Positions 12,251 through 22,427 of a stretch of 64,000 bases of DNA are shown here, in pieces. The translations under genes were made by a program, and so were the position numbers. Each line of letters opens with the position of its first letter. The stretch's first letter is position 1. The notes beneath the pieces were generated by a model. That model was not told the origin of the DNA and made no database searches. It saw only the letters and a program-made list of their open reading frames with translations. Origin of the DNA: Takakia lepidozioides. Lineage: Eukaryota; Plantae; Bryophyta. The stretch is from assembly GCA_030704615.1 (NCBI GenBank), contig CM060732.1, positions 16,988,001 to 17,052,000 on the forward strand. The letters are read 5' to 3'.

Positions 12251-14171
12251 TCAGACGTTGCAGCACCCATGGGCCATCGCTAGCTCTAGGGGAGGGCACA
12301 TTCTTATGCGACTCCCGGGAGTCGCACCACGTCGCAGCCCCTGGGCGGTGTCGCTCGCTCCACGATGGGGCGGTTCTATTGCGACGTCCCGAATCGCTAG
12401 AGCGTCGCTGGTCACCCGGAGCCGTCGCAAAAGCTTCGCTAGGGGGGGGGTTGGGTGGGAGGGTAGCCAGCTGGTATTTGGGGTGGGGTTTTGGGGGTTT
12501 TTTTTTTCGTTTGGGGGGGTGCATTCAAAGACACCAATGACAAGTGAAGTGCGTCTTACCTTGGTTATTTCATGTGGCATGGTCATTGGTTCGACCCCCG
12601 CCTTGAGTGCCTTGCAAATGGTTTGTCGCGCACGGTACCTCTTGTCCTTGAGGTTCTTTCCCACCAGCTCCAAGAGCTTCCCCTCATTCCACTCACCCGA
12701 AAATGTGCCCTCAAGTGCTTGCACGAATGCTCGCCTATGGCGATGTGATTGGCGTGGCCAATCAACATGCCAAGGGAACCACCTCGCCGCCAAGTCAAAG
12801 GTTATTTTTTTCATGGCCTCCCAATACTCACCAATGGGGTCACCGACCTTATTGGTCTCTAAGGGGGGCACCACCATCTTTGGCAAATCAAGGTTGCGGG
12901 GACCCGAGGTCTTTACCTCGTCCACGCTCTTTTGAACTACCTCTCTCTTGTCTTTTGTTGCCCCGTTAGTGCCCTCCACCGGCTGCACGCTCATCTGAAC
13001 TAGCTCCCCCTTGTCTTTTGCTCCCCCACTAGTGCCCTCCCCCGGCTGAACCTCTCTCCTTCTACGCCTCTTTCTCTTACGCTCCCTCTCATGGGCCTGT
13101 CCTTTCCCCTTCCCCTCAACTACTTCCCTCCCCCCCTCCACTACTTCCCTACCCTCCTTGATGATTAGGGGAACCTCGGGGACATGAGGTCTTTTCCTCT
13201 TCCTCTTACCATCCCCACGAGTAGGCACCGCCACTGTCCCTGCTTTGTCGGTGACAATCCCACTACCTGCCACAAGCTTAGCCACGAATGCGCCAAGCTC
13301 CTGAACACAAAACCCACAAAATTAGAAACAAACCAAAAACAAAATGAAAAGCAAAGGAAAGAAAAAAAGGTGAAGGAAAGAGGCTCACCTTTGCGTCCAT
13401 GACCTCAATGTTGCCCTCGGTCCCCGCTTGTGGTGCACACCCCATAAGGCCCTCTCGGAATAAGGGTGGAAGCCTATCTCATACACCCAATAGGCTCGCA
13501 GGCGGCGCCCCAAAGTCCAAGGTCTTCTTCATTGACCGTTCAGGCGACGGACTTCGCAAGGGGCCCTCCAAAGCCAGTGTCACCCTCTCCTCTTCCCCCT
13601 CCCTTTCTCGTGCCCCCCTATTTCCCTCTTCCCTCTTCTTGTCTTCCTCCCTCTTCCTTTCCTCCTCCTTCCACCTCATTGCGGCCTCCTTTGAAGCCTG
13701 CTCTTCTCCAAAGGTGAGGAGGAACCCACCCCCTTCTGACCCCCCCCCCCCCCCCCCCTTATAAGCCCTCTTGGTTGCAGAAGAATGGGAAAATGCATTG
13801 GCCGTGGGGCTAAGCTCAAGTTGCCCATACCTAGCGCCAGATCTGAGAATGCGCTTCCCCGCGTAAAAGTCAGGGCCCTCCATCAGCTCGTGGGGTGGCG
13901 TCCCAACCTGAACATTGGGTGCACCACCCTCAAGTGGAGGCTCATCCCCAGCCTCTTTCGAGGGCATGGAGGCCTCGACAGCCTTACGGCTTGGTCCTCT
14001 CACATAGCCGCCTATAGGGCTGGTGAGTTTGGACCAAGTGGACCGTGTCACACGGCCGTCAATGACGGGAGCGTTGTCAGGCTTCCCTACCTTAGCAGCA
14101 GACGATTTCTGCTCCTTCGCCGGTGCCTTCTCCTTGTCCTTCGGCGGCCCCTTCTCCTTGTCCTTCACCAT
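12251..14171 (-). pseudogene. TnpA-like (Ptta/En-Spm) accessory protein gene, two exons with intron ~13388-13301; disrupted
   Basis: Low-complexity charged N-terminus, then YWEAMKKITFDLAARWFPWHVDWPRQ...LVGKNLKDKRYRARQ, resembling the TnpA/Transposase_24 helical region. AAG|GTGAG donor and ttcag acceptor are visible. The upstream exon has a premature stop at 13479. Confidence 0.55.
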
Positions 14172-15714
14172 ACTACGAGCTTATCCCTGCGCCCACAACA
14201 CTATTACCGTGTGATTTCACACGCCAAAAACAAACAAGGCCTGACCCTCCCCCTTCCCCTCTCTCCCTCTCCCTCTATCTTTATGTCCTTCTCCATCTCC
14301 CCCTTTCTCTCTCTGCTGATAAGCAAAAAAAAAAAAAATGAGGGGGAGGGGGGGGAGGGTGTGTGCTGAGAGCACCAGCACTTGCTGCTATCAGCCACGC
14401 CCCCCCCCCCCCCCCCCTCCCCCAACCATTCCAAAAAGAAAAAGAAAAAGAAAAAAAGGTGGGGGGGACTGAGAGCAGCAGCAACAAGTACTTGCTGCTG
14501 GAACGTAGCTAGCTACGGCGTGAGCCCAGGAGCTCGGCTTACACTTTGCCCTCTAAGCGTGAGCCCAGGGTTTAGAGGAGGGAGAAGCAAGTCCTATAAC
14601 CAAGGATAGGGTTTAGAGGGGGTCCTATTACCGTGGAAGCGTATATTTTGGAAGAAGAGGTGAACACGGCAAAACTTCCAAACACGGCAAACACGGCAAT
14701 ATACGACAAACACGACATATTGAGTCCCCTTTAGAAGCACGACGATCGACCCAATTCCCCCAGCCCTACTTCGTCAACCCCAAGCACTCCCACCCCCAAG
14801 CACTTCATGCAGCTGGTCCCACCTCCACCAGCCCCAAGCGCTCCACCCTGAAGACGAGCCCCAAGCCGCGATCCCACCTGGCCCCACTCTCACCAAGCCC
14901 CAACCTTCTCTGATCACTGTTCCTATAAGTATACTCCTGCAGCAACCACACCCACTAGTGAGTTATTTTTCAACCCACCGACAATAGTAGAACTATCTAG
15001 AAAGTAGAACTCTCTAAAAAGTAGTGAACTAGGGAAGATGGCTATACCAACTCTGGCCCGCGAGTAGCGGGTTTAACGGGTTCTGGACCTAGCTGCGGGT
15101 CCAGGTCCGGTTGTAAAATGAACCCGGGTCAGGGTCCGAGTTTTTGGTGATGGCACGGATAGATAACCCGACCCTAACCAGGGTTTTTTTTATGGATTTT
15201 GAAAAGGGGTAGGAGTGGCTATATATATTGGGTGTAGGGTAGTGGCCCACTCTAGGTAATTTTCCTCGAATTGGTAGGCTACATGTATTTCCACCCTTGC
15301 CATATTTTGCGAATCAAATGGATGTTGATGAACAATAGAAGATGAAGTACAGAAATAGTTGAAAGCCATAGGACGAATGGAACTCTTTCTATGTGAAAAC
15401 CATAGGCTAATTGGTACAAATGAGGTGTATAGTTCTTGCAAGACTGGTGACGAGCATCTACTTGGGAAACGGAGGAGGCCCCACAATCCTAAACCCACTC
15501 CTCATTTGGCCTGTCAGATCATCCTGCATGGGGCCCGCCATGGCTACATCTGTGCTGCCCCCGCGGGTCCACAGAAGAGGACCTTTTTTAGACCCCCAGT
15601 TTTTGGCGAAAACTGCCCTATTTGGACCTCTTTTTCCCTTTGTTTCATTCGCCAAGGGGATTTTCAGGCGGCCAAATGGCGAAAAATCACCAATAAAAAA
15701 AACGCTGACCCTAA

Positions 15715-16135
15715 CCCGCCGGGTACCCGGGGTGAAAATCCGGACCCGCACAACACTGTCGTCGATGTCGTCAATGATCATCCTGAAATCATGATCATGA
15801 AGAAATTGAGTGTGTTGATGCACTCAGTTCTCAGCGCGGGGGGGACCGAAAATAATAATAATAATTCCCCGCCCCCCCCCAAAAAAAAACCCCGCCGGGT
15901 ACCCGGGGTGAAAATCCAGACCCGCACACACTGTCGTCGATGATCATCCTGAAATCATGATCATGAAGAAATTGAGTGCGTTGACGCATTCAGTTCTCCG
16001 GGGGGGGGGGACACAAAAAAAAAACTAGATTTTTTATTTTTTATTTTTTTCTCTCCCTCCCCCCCACGCAGAACTGAGTGCGTCAACACACTCAATTTCT
16101 TCATGATCATGAATTCACGATGATCGTCGACGACA
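15715..16135. repeat. Two direct copies (~15715-15845, ~15891-16010) plus one inverted copy (~16066-16135) of a ~70-120 bp unit
   Basis: gatcatcctgaaatcatgatcatgaagaaattgagtg...cagttct occurs twice. Its reverse complement agaactgagtgcgtcaacacactcaatttcttcatgatcatg follows. Confidence 0.9.
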
Positions 16136-16698
16136 TCTACCCAAATGCCCCGGGGAGGGGGGAGAAATCCTTATTATTTATTTATTTATTTATGAATTCT
16201 CATGTGCCTAATGCCCGCTTAATTCCCAACCCTGTTTCCCTCCACGAACATGGCAGTTCGCTAAGGGTTAGGGTTAGGGTTTGGGGTTACGATTTGCAGT
16301 GTTTCCCCGGTTTGCCGTGTTTGCCGTGTTTTTGCGGTAATGACGTCGGCTTAATTCCCAGCCTGTTTCCCTTTGTGTTTGTCGATTTGCCATGTTTGCG
16401 TGTTTCCGCGGTAATGGGTGCTCATCCGCGGAAATACACCCTGCACACTCTAGCATCCCCCCTTGCTGCTGCAGCTCTCAGCGCCCCCCACCATCGCTAA
16501 AACCAAAAAATGAAAGGTGGGGGGGGGGCTAAAACCACCAGCAGCAAGCTGCTTTCAGCACCCCCCACCATTCCAAAAACAAAAAACGAAAAGGTGGGGG
16601 GGAGAAGTGACTGTGCAGCAGCAACTGCTCAGTCACCCCCCCCCCCCCCCCACCTTCTTTTTTATTTTTCTTCCCTCCCTCGGTCCCATCAGGATGTA

Positions 16699-16844
16699 GA
16701 GAGAGAGGGACTGTTCAGGGGGGGGAAAAAAAAACAAAAAAACGGTGGGGGGGTGGGGAAGTGATTGGAGCAGCTGTTGCTCCAGTAACTTCCCCACCTT
16801 TTTTTTTTTTTTTTTTTTTCTCCCCTGAACAGTCCCTCTCTCTC
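16699..16844. repeat. Long fold-back palindrome
   Basis: gagagagagggactgttcagggg..A-run..ggtggggaagtgattggagca / tgctccagtaacttccccacc..T-run..cccctgaacagtccctctctctc. Confidence 0.9.
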
Positions 16845-16852
16845 CCTCTGTC

Positions 16853-17247
16853 TTGGGGAGAGGAGAGGATTATGTGGATTTGTTCCCCTATTTTGGGCCG
16901 AGGTATGCCCACCGGGAGTGGCAATTATTGCAGACACACGGCCTTGGGTCCTTGATCCATCCTTACATCCTTGTTGTGAACGACAATGATGTAAGGGCGA
17001 GAAATTTGGGCCGCAAAGCCCATATTTATTGTGACGGAAACCCCGATGTGTACGGCAACGTGGTTGGGCTCATCAACAATTCAGTTACCTTACCGCCGGG
17101 CCACACCACCAACGTGTTTTAGGATGAGCGCCATGACGGGGATAGTAGATCTTGGATCCTAACATCACCACTTTTGTGATGACATGTGCGAAGAGGACCA
17201 TTAGGGCTGGAGAGAAGTTGTTTGCAGAGTATGACTTTAGACGTTAG
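16853..17247 (+). pseudogene. SET-domain-like coding segment with one stop (17120) and one frameshift
   Basis: GEDYVDLFPYFG ~ SET GExIxEYxG; YCDGNPDVYGNVVGLINNS...TN ~ DAxxxGNxxRFINHSCxPN; after the frameshift FVMTCAKRTIRAGEKLFAEYDFRR* ~ AxRDIxxGEELxxDY. Motif order and spacing fit a SET domain. Confidence 0.7.
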
Positions 17248-17561
17248 CCGAGTTTCATCATGTGTAGATGGACGTAGGAAGACATTTTGTACATTGAGGT
17301 GGCTTCCTCCACCGTGTATATATATACATAGGCATTGATGTGTATTTGGGTGCACTTTTTCATGCTATATTTAAGGGAGTTTGGGTGGACGTTATATGTG
17401 AATTAGGGTATTTTGAATTATATAGTGTCTCCTTCATGTGGTGAAGCAATGTATGTATTCCCCTCGTGTGTATAATGTGTACTTTGGGTTTTATCCCGTA
17501 TGAAAATGAACAACGCCATGTATGGAAACTGATAATGACATGGTTGTTTTTGGCATCTTAG

Positions 17562-20500
17562 GATGCCGGCACAACCCCACGACGTTAATTCATGAAATTC
17601 ATGATCTTGTCATGAATCGGGATTTTGTTCCTTCGGAGGGGGGTGCATGTCAAAGGGACCCGAGCCCGTCTGACATGGCGGTCTCCGATGATGAGGACAA
17701 CAATAACAATGGAATTATGCATGAGGATGTGGCAGCAATGGAGGACCTCTTAATGCATTAGATGGTAGATGAGGACACGGACTCTTTGAATGACATAGAA
17801 AAAGAAGCCAAAACTCCCTTATGCAAAGGGGCCAAAGTGAATAGACTTTCAACCATCTTGTTGTTGTTGAATTTGCAAATCCGGTTTGGCATAAGCAATG
17901 TGGGTATGTCTGCCATAATGCAGATTATTGCGGACTACATCCTTGCCCCACATTTGAAGCCGAGAATGCCACGATCAAGAAAAGAGGCAAGAGCAGCCTT
18001 GGATGCTGTGGGGATGGGCTATAAGATTTTTCATGCATGTCCATGTGATAAAACCCTATACTACGGAGAGGATGCAAAACTCACCAAGTGCCCAAAGTGC
18101 AACAAAGACCGATATCGGGATGATGTTCAAGGGAAGAAAGCCCCGCGCAAGGTATACCCGCGCCACAATACACTTGTATATTGCATTCTACCTTTTTGCA
18201 ACCGCTACAAGGACGTAAGGTTTTATTTAGAGATATGAATAACACTGATTTTGATATGGGGCCGACATGGGGATGGTGCCAGAAAATGCACTACTTTCCA
18301 ATCATCCCGCGACTGCAGGCACACTACCGAAGCCCCTCATTGGCAAAACTGATGAGATGGCACGCCTCGCATCGGAGCCCCCCAGGAAAGGTGTGCATGC
18401 CACAAGATCTCGGATGGGGTCCTCAGTGAGCACTCTTGCTTTCATTTAAGCGTCCTTGCTTTTACCCGCCTATGGCTTCCAGAGGTGCCCCCTCTTGTAA
18501 AAAAAAGTCTAGCTCTGGCACCAGCTCAAGGGGAAGGGGCAGCTGGATCCCACGCAGCTCCTCAGCAACTCCTGTATCGTCAATTCTCGGGAAAGGTCCT
18601 GAGATCGCTCGTCCCAAGCCGTTCCAAGAGCTGATTCCTTGGGCAAAATCTGTGGCCCCAGATGATGATTCTGCGGATATTATTCCCCTGGACCTTGAAT
18701 GCCTGAAAGCCCACTCCTGAAAGATGATGCAACACGGAATTTTGGTGTACTTCCCTGGACGTCCGAGAGACAAGGAAGGTGCCCGGAAATGGATTGTGGA
18801 ACATTTGGGTTGAGAAGGAGGCCTCACTCATCATTATTGCCACTCTATGGGAAGAGGTTTCTACACTGTCAAATTTGGTACGAAGGAGAATGCGGAGCGG
18901 GCTCTAGCTTTCAACACACGCAAATCAAGGTTCAAAGTCCATATATTTCCATGGTCTCCTGCATGGGGGCACAAGGACGGCACTACTTGCAAACCGCGGA
19001 TTATTCCCCTGCCCTTCCTATCAGATAACTACCTAGCCTCGCTTCCGGAGATTGGAGCTCACTTCGGCTCCTTCATTGGAAGTCTAAATGTGTTTGATCC
19101 AATTGACGACGCTGTACTAAGTGTGGATCAGGACCCCTCGCTATTTGATGGCAATGACAGTGGAGTCCCAAAAATTGTTGTACTAATGCCAGAGACAGCG
19201 AAGATAGGAAATGCAATTAAATTGTCAACTCTGGACGGCTCTTTTATTTCTGTTCAGATCAAAGAAGAGGTTGTAAGCATAATCTGCTTCAAATGCAATG
19301 GAGAGGGCCATGTCAAAGCAGATTGCCCCCGGCGCAGCCTGAAATCCCCACCCCTGGTATGCTGCCTTCTGAAACTCACATACTTTGTCTAGTCATGTAG
19401 TCATTCCACTTGGCCGGTGACCATGGTGAATTACAACATCCCTCCGTATCTTTCAATAAAAAAAAGGCCATATCATGTTGGCTGCCATTGTACCAGGTGA
19501 GTGTTCCCATTTCATGATTATTATTTCTTTGGATTTTACATTAATCTTCTTCTCTTTGGCGCAATTCCGATGGAAGATTGATGAGTGACGTAATGATGGA
19601 GAAAGATGTGTCATTCATTATGAAGTATAAATTTCATGGTGGAGCATTGAAACAATGATGTGAATGTTGGATAGGGAAAAAACAAGTGAAACACATGGAC
19701 ACGTATTTGCGACCTCTAGTTGATGAACTTAAGGTCGAACTATGGAGGGGGGGTGCCAGCATTGGATGCTTCAATTGACCATATGACCCGACAATCTTTT
19801 CAGATGAGAGGCATCTTGCTTTGGACAATGCATGATATCGAGGTATATTTTGTTCCCCATGAGAAACCCGCGTACATTTACCTGTCAAGGGATATTGATG
19901 AGGATTGGGATTGATTGAAGTAGCGGCGACAGTCTTCTGCACCGTAGTGGGGTAGATGCACATGGAAACTTTTTGTCTTTGCTAATGTGACGGAATGTCT
20001 ACAGGACTTACTGTTTGCTCACGGTTGAGTACTAAATGGTACCACGCATGCCTGCATTGTGGCGATGAACTTGATGCACAAAGCTCCAGCAATCTTCGCA
20101 AGATGGTGTATCCCAACTACCGCAAGTTTCTTCCTATGAGCCATCATTGGAGAAGAAGAGACAAACACTTATTTAATGGCAAAGTGGAATTACGTCCCCC
20201 ACCTGTGACACCATCCGGGCACTTTTGGGAAGACCGATAAAATGAGGCCCATCCGGAGGGGTCTGGTGAAGTGGAGGTGCCCGGCATGAAGCGGTTTTCA
20301 ATCTTCTACGAATTGTCATATTGGGCGGTACGTATTCTACAAAAACACCATCAATATTGTTATGCATGCATGTGATATTGCATGTTTTGTATGATTTCCA
20401 TTGTCACTTTCACGACAAAATAGACGTGTAAGAATTTGTGGGTGGAGATATATGTAGGACTTGAAGATTCGTCATCTTCTAGATCCCATGCATATTGAGA

Positions 20501-22427
20501 ATAATGTTTTCTCATTTTTTTGTGTTCTTCATGGCACGCCGGCAAAGAAGAGAGTGGCTATGAAAGGAGATTCTCTCGGTGTTAGAAAGGAACTTGAGGA
20601 GCAGGGTCGCATGCTCCATCTATGGGCCGAAGAAAATGGTGTGGACCCAAATGGTGTTGTACGGTGGAAGTATAGACGCGCACCTTGGCAATGGACAAAG
20701 GAGGAGTACAAGAAAGTGATAGCCACCATAGGAGCTATCCGAACACCAACTGGTTATGGGTCATCCCTCCGTATGAAGTTCAACGAAGACGGGGTCCATG
20801 GTTTGAAGTCTCATGACTACCACAATCTATTGCAAGACATCTTGCCCATTACAGTACGTGGGACATTGACTCCCGAGGTTCGCGAGACAGTCTATAGATT
20901 GGGAGCCTTGTTCCGGTGGATTTGCTCCAAAGAGCTAGAGGAAGCGGATTTTCCACGCATGAAGAAAGAGGCGGCGGTGATCATGTGTTTATTGGAGATG
21001 CACCTTCTTCCATCTTTCTTTGATATCTAAGTGCACTTGGTAGTGCACTTAGTGGAAGAGGCTTCAATTGCCGGCCCCGTTCATTCTCAGTGGATGTACT
21101 ACCTTGAGCGATACATGAAGACTTTGAAAGCACATGTAAGACAAATGGCACACCCAGAGGGTAGCATGGCGGAGGGGTATACATTGCAAGAGGCTATGTT
21201 CTACTACATGGAGTACTTGGCAAGGGTGGATAAGGAAGCCCCTCCGATGTGGAAGGAAGATGAGGATGTACGAACCAATGACATCGTTTTGCCCAAAAAT
21301 TCAAAGAGGGTAAAATTACCCATGATGGTGATTAACCAAGCGCATAAGTTCATACTGAAGAATACCCCATCCATACATGAGTGGGAGGCAAGATACAATA
21401 ACCTTGTTCAGCAACGACAGGAGGAGACGATTGCGTGGAGGCGGAACCATGCAAGGGCGACTGCATGCGCTCCGCGAGCAAGGGGCCGGCGTAGGAATGT
21501 TTCTTCACAAGATTTACCCATGGAATTGCAGCCTCTAAGTTCATTCCGCCATTGACTTCGGACTGAAGTTGATGACACCATTGCAAAAGGTGAGGTGGTT
21601 TCAGATTTGGTGCAAGACATTGCAAGGGGCCCCTCTCAATTTGCGACCTCATACACGACGGTTTGGGTTCATGGTCGTCATTTCCGCATTCGTGCTCTTG
21701 ACATGAAGCGCAAAACAACATTTGATTCTAGCTTGTGTGCCTCATCTTGGCAAGACTCCGTGTGGGGCAGGGGAGATACACGACCTACTATGAGCACATT
21801 CAACTACTTTGGAGAGCTTGAGAACATACTCCAACTTCAGTATACAAGGCACCAGCCTCTTAAGGTGGTTCCAGCCACATCTTGTGGGGCCCTCCGCAAC
21901 ACTAATGGAAGACGAGTGTGGTTTCATGCGCGTCAATATAGATAGGCTCGAGTCTACTCATCGTCCCTCCGATGAGCTTTTTTTCATGGCCTTCAGACAT
22001 GGAGCAAGTTTTCTTCTCCGGATCAGGAAATTGGAAGGGGGTTGTGCATGCTCAGCCAAGAAGAAGACGTATCTATCATGGTCGGGGATCTACATGGGGC
22101 GAGGCAAATGCGGAGGAGGAAGAGACTGGTCATGATGACGCTAATGTTGGTCGAGGTTGGATAGAGGGGGTACAAGAGAATGATGACGCCCCGGACAATG
22201 CATCCCGGACCCTATACGATGAGGCTCCATCTGATGCGGATGTTGGAGAAAAAGATGAAGACATGGTCATTGAAACCGAGGTGGAAGATGATTCAGATGT
22301 GTCTTTTGATGACCAGACCATTTATGACAAGACTCTGATGAGCAAGAAGACTTGCAGCTTGATGAGGACGAAGAAGCACCGGATGATGATGTTCAAGTTG
22401 ATTAGACACGTAATCAAAGCTACATAA
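17562..22427 (+). pseudogene. CACTA TnpD/Tnp2 transposase pseudogene (Transposase_21, DUF4218 and DUF4216-type regions)
   Basis: Motifs HACPCD...CPKC, YFPIIPRL, RGILLWTMHD, LDPMHIENN, GLKSHDYHNLLQ, HLVVHL..GPVH..WMYYLER, HPEGSMAEGY. Multiple stops and frameshifts; interrupted at 18409-19380. Confidence 0.93.
18409..19380 (+). mobile_element. L1-type LINE 5' fragment (ORF1: RRM/DUF4283-like region plus CCHC knuckle)
   Basis: MGRGFYTVKFGTKENAERAL...HIFPWSP...LPFL...IGAHFG...CFKCNGEGHVKADC is typical plant L1 ORF1. It sits between TnpD VCMPQD and the segment matching element-2 SVQSCSHSTW. Confidence 0.8.

Noticed and set aside
11898-12935. 345-aa + strand ORF
   Set aside because: Antisense to the TnpA-like ORF and runs through GC-rich sub-terminal repeats; no domain signal.
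15030-15560. hAT-type MITE suggested by acccg/cgggt motifs
   Set aside because: No matching TIR pair or 8-bp TSD found.
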